Below, one piece after another: positions 44,646-59,600 of a stretch of DNA of 64,000 bases. A model generated the notes under the pieces. It ran no database searches, was not told where the DNA came from, and was given only the letters and a program-made list of their open reading frames with translations. The stretch spans positions 1-64,000 of the forward strand of contig NIVC01000632.1 of assembly GCA_002269645.1 (NCBI GenBank). The letters are read 5' to 3'. Numbering within the stretch: the first letter of the stretch is position 1; the number at the start of each line of letters is the position of its first letter. Position numbers and translations under genes: made by a program. The stretch is from Macrostomum lignano (lineage: Eukaryota).

Positions 44646-47600
44646 ATCTGGCCCGCACATAAGCTGGATTCTTTATCTGGCTTTTGAAGTAAAAGTCTGC
44701 CGATCCCTGCTTCGAAAGCCAGTTTGTGGGACGTACTACTCTCATCGTTATTCTCATGCTTTGATCACGTCATCTTTCTTGCCAATTTGCAGCCCTGAAA
44801 GGAATTTGTGTATCTTCAGCTCCACTGCAGTCTGCATCAGTCTAACAACCAAGGAAATACGCATTTCTTAGGCCATTTAAATTTCAAAGTACTTTTAAGA
44901 GAAACTTAAAATTTCCATGGTGTGCCTAATTTAGTAGGGTTGTATTTCATTGCATCGCATCGCCTTTTCATAAATATTTCGCTTTTATAAACCATGCTGG
45001 ATTGCCTCGATTTGCCAATTGCCATCCAGTGTTAAACTGCTGCAGAGTTTGCCAATACAGAAGAGGGGAGGGCAGTGGTTAGAATTTCTCACTAAACTGT
45101 TATGGCTAAACGTAGCCTCTCCACTCTCGGGGTGCAGAGAAGTCTATAAATAAAGTTATTCCAAAACACTGTACATTTGCTATGTACATTCAGTCCTATC
45201 GCCTGTCTTCGTCTGGCTCTGGGGGAATGAGTGAGTGAGTGGCACAAACAACAGAAAAAGCAGACAAACTTCACATGCTTACAGTTTCTGTTCTGATTGA
45301 GTTAGAGAGTTGAAACTTTACATTTAGACAGAGAATGAATCAAAGAAGAATTGTGTTAAGTTAGAAGTCAATCGCTTCACGTGGAGCAAACTTATGGCAG
45401 CCGAAAGTTGGTCATTTTAAAACCCATTTACACCCTTTGCCCAGATCGGGAAAGAGGCAGGCGGGCGGAGGTTGGGGTGGCTGTCTCGCTGAAAAAACAG
45501 CCAAACTTTAAAAGTGCACAGCGCCGTTCAGGATTAACTTTGAGACTCGAAATTTTACACGATTGTGTCAAAATAGTTGAAAATTGATTGTGTCAAATTT
45601 GAAGAGGATCGGTAGAAGTGGAGCGGCGCTAAGGCGGCTTTAGTAAAAAAATCGCGCATTTTGAGCAGTTTTTTGCACTTTTAGGTAGGAAGACTCAAAT
45701 TTAGGAAATTTAAAGGTAACCTAAGACATTCTCCGTAGTGAGTTTAGGGTGGGTGTAAAATTTGGTGTCATTTGGTTGAGCGGTTTGGGAGTCCATAGCG
45801 ATCAAAATTGTCCACACACAGACAGACACACACACACACACACACAGAGTTTTGATTTTTATAGGTAGAGATAGACTTACTTAAGACCCGCAAGATTTAC
45901 ATCCGGCATCGGCAGTTTCGTTTGCGGCGTAGGCTGTTCCGACTCCGCGTAAGACGTCGACAACTTGAACGGCTAATTGACGCAACGGAGACAGGACAGA
46001 GGAGGACTTTGGGAAGCTTCATAGTTTTTACCAAAGCACCCAAACAGAAACAGGTGCGTGAGGTCGTTAAAATGTTGCAAACCGATAGCTTCTGTCCCTC
46101 ATCTTTTAAGTTTATGTCGAAGCAAGATCCTGAATAGTAGCCGAAGTAAAGTTCCCGACCAAACAGACTGCTCACCTCATTATCAATGCATTTCGACCAC
46201 TATCAGGACGAAATGGCGCGATTTTCACCCAAGAAAACCAAAAACGTATCTAGACATACTCGTAGCATATTATGCTATTTAGTAGAAGGTTTGCTCTGAC
46301 GATGACCATTTTTAGTCGAAAAAATGCGTCAACAGTTTTGGTTCTAATACTTTTAATTTTTTGTTTACGGTACGTGTTGCAAAGAGGGAGCCTTCCGAGT
46401 TGCACTGAGCATTAGCTAGCTGAACTTTGGCAATACAGAATTCGCTTGTCAATAAGGAGCTTACAAGTCGGAGTTTTCATTTTTCGAAAATGATTAACTA
46501 TCCATTTTCCAAAGGTACCCTCATCAAAAGCCATAAAGCGAGGCGCCCGAGTCAACGCTACCAACAACGCCAGTTTGCGTATTCAACGCGACAATCTGGT
46601 CAGTCGAATCCGCGCCATCGCGGCGAAGCGCCGACGCCTCGCTCAGCGGGCCACGGCAATCCGGTGCCGAATTCGAGTGCACAACAGGCGGCTACGGCAA
46701 CTGGCAGCTCGCAGGCAGCAATTCCTTCGTAGACTGAACCGCAATGGACTGAGCAGCCCTTCAAGTGAGGCTGCGTGAAGCAAGGAGGCAGTTTGAAGAT
46801 ACAAGACACAATTTTTCGAGTGTTCAATCGCTCTTGACTATGGAGTCGGTCAATTAGGCTAACAGCTGAATACTGTGCTTTTCCTCTTTCATCGTTTGGG
46901 TTTCTATTTCCTCACTTTAATTTGCTTGATAGTTTTATGATCCATTTAGGAGAGATGCATTGGTTCTTCAGAAATTTATTTTTTGACATTGCAATGAATA
47001 TTATATTAGAAAATTTCTTAAACTGTTTGGGTTTTTTAGCTCGTATTCCTTAGTAAGGTGGCAAATTTCTAAAACTGTTTTTTGGCTTTTTTAATCGAAA
47101 AAGTTTTCTGCATTCCAGACTGTCAATTTCCTTTTGAAGTGATCTTAATTTAAGCATGTTATGCCCAATGTTATTTTTTAGTCTAATGCGAACTTCAGAA
47201 GGTTTTTCTATCAGGAAAGTACAGCACATGCTTGTGCACCAGTAAAGATCCTATTGCGTGAAGCGAACACCAATGAAATGCGTTATAGAAATCATTTATA
47301 TACTAGCGTTCAGTGAGAATGAAGCCTCTCTCCAGTTTTTCCCGGTTCTCGGCTCTCCGCCTCTTTGCCTCCTCAACTGCGCCGCTAGCTTGCCCCAACA
47401 ATCGGGCCTGAACTCTAATATCCTGATTTAACAGAGATAAATCCGGACAAACGTCAATTCGTGCAACAATATCGATAAGTAGCCTGTGGCTCCATTTTCA
47501 CTGAATTGCTTAACAAATTTGCGTAATTGCGTGATCAATATCCTATTAGGAATTGCTACTAACATTGATTAGTAATAAAAATCTTGTTGAAGGTTAGAGA

Positions 47601-49923
47601 TCGAGAGAAACAAATCGAACCTCCGACTTATTTGATTCAACAGAAACATCAACGATCATAATCATCGTCAGAGGGGCACACCCCCGCAACACATTATTCT
47701 AAAACATTTGACTTTCTCTTGCTGGTTTCAGATTAAAAGAAGCGTTTTGGTTTTGGAGAAATATAACTATTGATATTGTGATGGGTCTTTCATTTTGAAA
47801 AGCAAACAAAGAAAACGACTTTTAACTGACTTTTTAAATCACCTACTCGACTGAGTACTAAGTACCTTGTATTCTTTTTAAAAGAGACCTGCTAAAGTTT
47901 TCTTGCAGACATATCTCGATTAGAGTGAAGGGCTTTCTAAGAAAACAATAACTGAAAAGCTACTGCAAGGCAGTTCTAGCCAGACGGCGTGACCCGAAGA
48001 ACAATAGACTCGTGAGCTTTAGAAGGGGTGCATTGATAAGTAACTCACAAGCAAGGGAATTTCAAAGTTCATCATGTAAGTCCCAACTTATAAAGGGAAG
48101 TGTCTCGTCACAGCAGGCTGAAAACTCGACTTTTGCATAGTCAAAGCCATTTATTTTTGTTTGCGCTGTGCGAAACCCTTGGCTGTTTGCCCCGCCATAA
48201 GTCTGACCTAGGCGATCGATCGATTCTGACTGGATGCAGTATGCCAATTGCTTGAGACTTGCTTTTAAAAGCCAGTTAACTGTTTTCCCGTCAGCTCCTG
48301 GCTCGGACAGATTCATTTTAGTTCGATCTTGAACTTCGCCAGCCTCAAAAACCTTCATGGATGCTTACTGAAATTAGTAAGTCGCAGAGGGGGCTTTCGA
48401 AGCATTTTGCATGCAAGTGTTTACGTAGTAGGCACACGCTCACGTAGAGTAGCTCATACAGCAGCTCTGACTTTCTCATGTTAAGGCGTGTGCTCCTATA
48501 CATTCTGTGCCTTGTGGTTTGGCACACAATCGCAAAATCGCACGACAAGCCTCCGGCCTATTTCCGGATACGGGGGGGGGCGTTTTACAAGCTCGAAACT
48601 TCAAAAGCTGAGTTTTGCATGCTTTCTCCAGGTCTGTTGGACTTCTTGGAGACATAGTATTGATGGGCCACGCGGCCAAATCGCGTCTGTGCCCCCGCCA
48701 GTAGTAAGTCCCCACAACTCATATGTACGAGCGAGCGAAAGTTGGAAGATTTCTGAGACTTTTTTGGCTTTCTTAATCCAATTAAATTAGCTGCGCTTCA
48801 GACTGTCACTTTACTTTTTTTCTTGATGGTCTCAGGTTAATAGAAGCGTCCCGGTTCTATATAGAAGGCTTTTCTAGAAGGCTTTTCTAGAAAACCGTTC
48901 TGCAAGGCTACCGCTAGGCAGTTCTAGCCAGATAGCCAGACAGCGTGACCTGAAGAACAATAGCGACTCGTGAGCTTCAGAAGGGGTGCGCCGATAAACA
49001 GTTCACAGCAGTCTAGGAATTTCAAAGTTCTACGTGTAAGTCCCAACGTAAAGGGAAATGGCTCGGACTGAAAACTCTAGCTCAATTCACATAGGGTCAA
49101 CACGCCATTTATTTTTGTTTGCGCTGTGAAATCCTTTGTTGTCCGCCCCGCCGATGGACTTTGACTGTATGCAGAATGCCAATCGGTCGAGGCTAGAATT
49201 TATTACCAGTAAACAGTTCCTCGGTCTGCTTCTGGCTTGGACAGATCCTTTTCAGCTCGATCTTGAACTTCATTATCTCCAGAAAGCTCAATGAATGCTT
49301 ACTTAAGTTAGTTGGTCCCAGAGGGCTTTGGACGCTCAGCCTGCAGCCAGGGAGGAGGCAATTGTTACGCAACGCCAATTTCGCTTTGAGTCTTAAGAAA
49401 AATCTCAAGGCGTTGCACAAGCAATCCAATCGTCGAAAACTTTTTGGCCTCTACTTTTTTGTGAAACTCTGTTTCTCATCAAGTCTGTGCGCCCAAATGG
49501 GCTCAGGGAGCGGTTTTTGGCGAAATAAATTAATTTATGACTCACTAAATTTGATAAATCGAATGAAAATCAGGTTTGTAGGGCCAGTGTGAAACAATAG
49601 TAGAAATTTTCATGGCTAATCGCTTTCAAGTTTATTAATTTTTTGGTTTTAGATCTTATGAAGTTAGTCTCTTCGACAATGTGACATTCCGAGCTTGTGA
49701 AAGCGAACCTGCGCACGAACTCCAAAGTAATGTGGCCGAGCTTCCGTTAATGAAGTTAGATAGCAACCGCAAATGCTTCTCGTTGCCTGAGTCGTCTTCA
49801 CCTTTACAGGCAAGTAAAATGCGAGAACCTTCCAAAATTCGTTTATTTCGAGACTCTAAGGAATCAAGTTCACTTGGGTTTTCTTTACCAGTAGCTTCTG
49901 CTCTATTTTGTTGCTCCGGAAAG

Positions 49924-52752
<2,829 letters not shown>

Positions 52753-53802
52753 GTTTGAGTTTCAGACTTTGACTGGCTACCGATTGCAAGACTGCTGCAT
52801 GGGATGCTATGTGGTGGACTGTGACTGGCTGGCTACCGATTGCAAGACTGCTGCATGGGATGCTACGTGGTGGACTGTGACTGACTGGCTTCTGATTGCA
52901 AGACTGCTGCATGGGATGCTACGTGGTAAGCTGCCGGATAGTCAGCAGAGCTGACCACGGACCAACAACCTTTACTGATGGTAATTTTTTGGAGTCTATG
53001 GTAAAAGAAAAGTTATGAGCTGCACAGTAGCCGCTCCTGCCGAGCATGATCAGCAGCGCTGATCATACGAAAAATGCGTGAAAAAAGTCATACTTATCTG
53101 CAATGGAATGCAGCGACTTGGTTTCAGCATTCTCTGTGATGACATCGCTAGTCTCATAATCCGATGTATGCAAAATTTCCATGGTTGTAGCTGATTTACT
53201 TTTCAATAAAATGATGCACTACTCGTATTAAGGAAGTGCAGTGCGTTCTATTTCAAAAAGGCCTGTTTGCAGATTTTAAAGTGAACTGTAGTGTCTATTG
53301 CTAGATATCGAGTGTACACACTGCATAATCTAGATAGTGAGCATTAAGTGAAATGCACTTTGAAACTGCTTTTTTCGACCCTAGCTAGATCTGTCCAAGC
53401 CGAGTAGTATAAAATGCTCCCTTCTCGGCTAGAAAGGCTTTGCACAGAGGCGCATTAAGATTCTAGCTATAGTCTATGGCCAGCCCAGCTGACCATGTCG
53501 GCAGGAACGGAGCTGCGTTTAGGACGGAGCCGGACGGAGTACATCCAGTTTGCTTATCAAGATGACCTCATTGACAACCCTTTGGTGAGCCACTACCGCA
53601 CTGACCCTAAAAACAGCTTAAAAGCACAAAATGATAATAAAAAACAAGGCTGTATCATGAACATTTTAATTAAGAAAGAGAGATGAAGGCAATCAAACAA
53701 AATGCTGTCATCATTATTTAAAAACAATCGTTTATTGACTGCAAAAGCGCATTGAAACCAAGACAATAAGCTAAGAATGTCAGCGAATCAGGGAGTCTTA
53801 AA

Positions 53803-56281
53803 TCAGGCAGCTGCCTCTTCAGCCGCCGCCATGAGGCGCCTCTTCTTAGCTGTATTCATGTAAGGCCTAGCAACGAACTCGGTCTCAGCTGTGTCCACCT
53901 CGTCTAGCGGTCCTTGGACGATACGGTACAACTGCAGCTCCATCCTTGGACCGTGCTCAGTGAGCTCAGGTTGACCAGAAACGGTCTTATAGCTGTACTG
54001 CCTGAAGCTTACATAGTCGTGCTGAACAATCGTGAAAGAGCAGACCCGGCGCGAGTCGGGCTTGGGCACCGGGAACAGGTGCTTGAGAATTGAGGCCAGT
54101 CGTTGGGCCAGATTACTGCCAAAGCCGTGCATGACCAGCTGGGGCAGCTCCTGCGGCTGGTGGCCCACCCCGGGCATGTCGTGACGCATGAGAACATTGT
54201 GCAGCGAGAAGAACGCTGTGGGGCCTGTGCAATTGGGCAACACAGATCAGAGCATGAATTGTTGCATTTTTCAATTATCACTGGCTCAAAAAACTTAACA
54301 GTCGGGGAAACAATGGAACTCAATGATATTGGATCCCAAACCATATCGGGACAAGAATTGTTAAAAAGTCTAACCATCAGTCTATCGACTTTTGTGCGAC
54401 TCTTGTGACTTTTTAACGACTCAAACGTGCTTAATGCGGCGGAGAGGCGACTGTTGCGTCACAATCACGTCACGCAAGTTGTAAAATCGTAAGAGCCGCA
54501 AAAGAATTGTCCAAGAAACGATATGTTGGCGCCTAACTTTCTACTACTCGTAACTCAGTAGGCTACACTGAGTAGGCTGTAACTCTGACTGAAACGCGTC
54601 CAGAGCGTCTCAGAAGTGACGTGCAAGCGATTCTAAAGTGACGCTAAAGCGCTTTTTCTGCAACTTTTTAGCGACGGAAGAGTGCCACTAAAACGCCGAA
54701 GATGCGACTCTACGGCCCCAGAGTCGTTTCAGAGTCTCCGACAGTAAAACGCTTTAAAAAGGTCCTTAGACGACTCTTTGTACTGTGACATCTCGTTTTA
54801 ACATCTTGAGAGTCACTACTTTTCTGCTATTTTACTTACGAGTATGTCATCTGCAACGGCTCTGGGGCGATGCAAGTGATTTTGGGACCTTTTTTGGGCT
54901 GGGCCGGGATAGGGATCGTCTTAAATAGGAAAATAAAGCACAAGACTTGCGCTTACCGAACGGTAGATGGGACACAATCAGACCGTCTGGGACGCCGCGT
55001 GTCTCGCTAACCAACAGCAAATCCGTGACAGCGTTGGCTTTGCAGGCTTTGACCAGATCGGCAGTTTGATAATTGCCCCGATTGACTCGCTGACAGTTTG
55101 GGAATAGGAAGCGCAGCTCTTTGGCGAACTGCTTTAACTTGGAGCTGGGATCGCGCGACGTTGTCAGCACCAGCTTGGGGTCTTCAACGCCGGCCCAGCG
55201 GTACTCGTCATCTTGGCTGCTCTGCTCCAGGTCCGGGTCTGCGTCTTCGCCGCCTGCTCCGTCCCAGTCCAGGTGGCTGCAAATTGGTGACGGTGTGTTT
55301 AGCGAGTGTGCAGCAGATTGGTGACGGTGTGTTTAGCGAGTGTGCAGCAGATTTATGACGGTGTGTTTAGCGAGTGTGCAGCAGATTGGTGACGGTGTGT
55401 TTAGCGAGTGTGCAGCAGATTTATGACGGTGTGTTTAGCGAGTGTGCAGCAGATTGGTGACGGTGTGTTTAGCGAGTGTGCAGCAGATTTATGACGGTGT
55501 GTTTAGCGAGTGTGCAGCAGATTTATGACGGTGTGTTTAGCGAGTGTGCAGCAGATTGGTGACGGTGTGTTTAGCGAGTGTGCAGCAGATTTATGACGGT
55601 GTGTTTAGCAAGTGTGCAGCAGATTGGGTGACGGTGTGTTTAGCGAGTGTGCAGCAGATTGGTGACGGTGTGTTTAGCGAGTGTGCAGCAGATTGGTGAC
55701 GGTGTGTTTAGCGAGTGTGCAGCAGATTGGTGACGGTGTGTTTAGCGAGTGTGCAGCAGATTGGTGACGGTGTGTTTAGCGAGTGTGCAGCAGATTGGTG
55801 ACGGTGTGTTTAGCGAGTGTGCAGCAGATTGGTGACGGTGTGTTTAGCGAGTGTGCAGCAGATTGGTGACGGTGTGTTTAGCGAGTGTGCAGCAGATTGG
55901 TGACGGTGTGTTTAGCGAGTGTGCAGCAGATTGGTGACGGTGTGTTTAGCGAGTGTGCAGCAGATTGGTGACGGTGTGTTTAGCGAGTGTGCAGCAGATT
56001 GGTGACGGTGTGTTTAGCGAGTGTGCAGCAGATTGGTGACGGTGTTCAAGTTCAGTTGATAAGCCAAATACGGTAATGTATTTAAATTACAAAATTGAGT
56101 TATAAACTCACCGATGCAGGCGCAGGGCCTGTCGCTTCATGGCGTCTGGAAGCTGGGAGCTGCCACCAGCCGCCAGAGTCTCTCGCAGCTTCTGTTTCCT
56201 CTCGGCAATCTGCTGGTCCCGCTGTTCAATGCTCTTCTTGTAGACGAACTCACGCCTGAGTCGGTTCTGCCGGCGCAGCAT
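53803..56281 (-). CDS. IMP4: U3 snoRNP protein IMP4 (Brix domain); exons 56112-56281, 54957-55276, 53803-54224
   Basis: MLRRQNRLRREFVYKK, DDEYRWAGVEDPK, TTSRDPSSKLKQFAKEL, HLPFGPTAFFSL, GPRMEL, RPYMNTAKKR; splice phases agree. Confidence 0.97.
55277..56045. repeat. 34 bp minisatellite (GCAGATTGGTGACGGTGTGTTTAGCGAGTGTGCA) in IMP4 intron 1
   Basis: AGCGAG at 55301 and 55335; about 22 copies. Confidence 0.96.
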
Positions 56282-56599
56282 ACTGGTGCTGGCTGAAGAT
56301 AATTTAATCAATAAACAGAATGCAGCTAACGATACAGTCCAATCCCTTGAGTTATATTGAATATATTAGTCTTGTTCATTTCTACCCATTCCAGTACAAA
56401 TACAAATATCATAAATCGCTTAAATTTTTATGCATAGTTCATAGTCATAGCCAAAAAGTCTTTTTGCCAAAACAGGCAATTATTTTGCTAAAATAGATAT
56501 GTTATGCATAATGCTGGAGCTTGGATATTAAACTGTTGTGCTCTAGATCTCACTCAGTGTCTACCTAAGATTGAAATTAGCATTTGAATATACATTCAT

Positions 56600-59500
56600 A
56601 CTGTGCTATATACATATGCTTAGGACTGTCAGAGATGTACATTGATTGCTACTTTCATAGCTAACTCAATATGGCAACCAACACTCAATCAAGTCAGGGC
56701 CAAATTCTTCCGATTCTTGCATTCTACTTGTGTCAGTGGCTACCAATCTAGCCAATTTCAGAAATATGCCAAATGGAAAAAAATTACATGTAGAGTGCAG
56801 AAAAAGTATGTCTGCTTTGTAGAAGGGCTTGTACTAAATTTGTTTGGTAGCCAATTTTTCTGCTAAGGATTATAATCCTTAATTAAGCATCATTTCATCA
56901 CTATGAGCAGATGGTAGCTGGCCTGCAGAGTCTACCTCCATCAATGAGAAATAACCCATATTGCTCTTGCAAACTGTGCAAACTTAGCAGATTAAAGAAC
57001 AACAGCAAGGTGACACTTCCATTATCAATTATAGTACTGGCGCTGCTGCATTTTGTCTAGATTGATCTTGAGAACATCCACTGTTGGCAGCTGATGCAGC
57101 ATAACCACAGCTTATTAGCTCTTTCTGTCAATTAGAGATTGGCCATGGCAAGAAGCATAACTGCACAAGAGCAATGAGACTGACCAACCTACAGAGAATC
57201 AGAGATGCTCTAATGGGCTGGAGGTAAAGAGCCTCTGTTGCTTCTGGTTTGATTGCCAAGCCTAGCCTGCCATTTCCATTTTCAGACATCAATATCTCAT
57301 TGCAGATCGCGCCTACCTGTGGTGCCTGTTTTAACTAGATGGCAGGCAAACTCTCTTCATTATTGCCTGTCACCACGGCTTCATTTGGGCATGCTCTGAC
57401 ATTTGCATTCCTATGGAATTGAAGGTATAAAAAATTAACTGAACCTTTAATAGACAAACAGAAAGGCTCTGGTTTAAGAGTTGAGATATTTTGATACAAT
57501 GTCTCAATACCATCCTTGTCACATTTTAGTCTATCTACTCAAAGACTCTTCTCCAATCGGCAGTTCAACATATTGGAGTTCCAGAAGAGTCTGTTACCTT
57601 GGTCTACAATGTTGTGTACAAGCTGGGCAACCAAGTGAAGGCTAAACTAGCAGTGCCCATTTTTCATGGCTACGGCCATGAGTCAAAATGTTGGGTAAAT
57701 AGTATTAGCCATGCATGGGATTTCCTTTAAATGTTTAACAGTAGGTATATCAAGTCCTTTAGCCCTTTCAACCTTGTCAAAATCATGAAATATGTCAACA
57801 GCCTGGAAGGTTGTGACATAGTTTTTTTATAAAGTGCACAATAGAAAGCTCTATTATTGAATTTTGTGTCTGCATTACTTAGTCAAGGCACAGAAAAAAC
57901 AGCCTAACCTTAACATTACAAAAGGATGAATCCCCTGTTGGTACTCCTACTGTTTATTTTATGAGGGACAGTTAGCCTGCTACAAATACTTATTGCATGA
58001 TAACTGCAATATGTAAATTATTATCTTCATGCTTATTGCAATTGTATATACAAATACCATGTAGCAATACCCTATACCATAGAGACCACTTTGCAGAAAT
58101 TCTGTTTTCATCTCAGTTGAACAACTCTATCTGCATTGCATCTGGAATAGGCATCACTGATGGTGAGATCTGTGAGCAGATTTTTTCACTTTTTAGACCA
58201 TTTGGGCATATTCTTATCACACACATAATTGGAATGCATCATTTGCGCCTAAATCCTAGTAAGTGAATAGACAATGATAGTATTATAATCATTAATTTTA
58301 TTATTAGTATGCATCTAGTTAGGTACTGATTTTATTCATTTACTAAGATATTATTGATCTCAAAATTTTTATATCATACTGTTGAATGTGATAGTTACTA
58401 CCTTTCCACATTCTCTATTTCAGACTCCTGGTTATAGGCCAGATGAAAGCTTCTCTCCAAAAAGGAAGAGCTCATTGTTCAATGTGCCAGGTAGGCTAAT
58501 TAGCTAGTGCCTCAGTTGGGTAAGTCAACTCTTTCACTTCACTCACTCATTTCACTTGTCTGGTTTTACAAATAGCTATTAACTTTTTACAAATAGCAGT
58601 TACTGCAACTGGATGAGCAGTAGCTTTGAGAAGATGTCCTTGTTTCTACTATTATCCAAAAGTGCCTATTGGCTGCAGAAGACATGTTGGCTAGCAGTAG
58701 AGAATAAGCAGACTTTGAACGAACTGAACCATTGCATTTGTATTATATGCTTTATCAACTTATTGTCTAAAGGTTTAGTTGTTGTAGGATAGTTGCAAAT
58801 ATATCAAGTATGGGTATATACTGCATTTCTCTTTTGTGTACACCTTTCCCTGGTAGAGTATTCAGACAAATTGGACAAAAAGGTTTTTTTCATAACCAAA
58901 CAAGAACAAGTAGCCTTATCATTGCTTACAAATGCTCAGACTCCCACCAAAGTCAGCTACAAACTAGGAAGGTGGACAAAATTAACCACAAAAATGAAGT
59001 GACTGCTTTTGTCCAATGGCAGCCAATATCCATTGAATCTATTCTAGGATGCAACATATTGTTTATGATTGCCTTAACTATTACTTTGCCCAACCATTTC
59101 CTATATTGGTCCAGCTTACTATTATTGACATTTTCATCTTGTCTATCTGTTTGGCTAAAGAAGTTCAGTGCATTAGTGCCAAGCAGCAAGTGCTTTGCAA
59201 TCTGCCATAGTCAATTCTTGCACCTAACTGCAAATACCTCAGTTTTTCCAAGTGTATAACTTTGTCTTTGGAATCTGACTATGGCAGTGACAACTGAACT
59301 AAGTCATTCTATTCAATTCAATTTAGGTCTATTGCAATTATATTAAATGCAATGTTAAATTTAACATTTGGCTAGTCTTAAAGTAAGAACTTTATCCAAA
59401 GCAAAAACCTATTGAAGAAGCAAGCAAAAGGTTCTACTCAACCTTGCCTATTGCAGAAATGTTTGTGTTCTTATATAGATATATAAAAAGTGCTAGATTT

Positions 59501-59600
59501 TACACTTTAATTAGAATTAGAATTCTACTACTAAAATATAATAGTATTGAATATATTCAACCTGACTTTAAATGAAATTTGTTGTATACTAATAATATTT
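56600..59600 (+). mobile_element. Degenerate KDZ (Kyakuja-Dileera-Zisupton) transposase relic; boundaries approximate
   Basis: YNVVYKL (~57605), HGYGHESKCW (57665-57694), GIGITDGEICEQIFSLF (58144-58195) match KDZ YD..C, HxYGH..C and GxGxTDGExCE motifs. Confidence 0.7.

Noticed and set aside
42816-44871. Ser/Leu-rich membrane-protein-like ORFs
   Set aside because: Artefacts of the CT-rich low-complexity tract.
45400-45880. DINE/Helentron-like non-autonomous element with (CA)n/GACA tail
   Set aside because: Only a general resemblance; termini and hairpin could not be defined.
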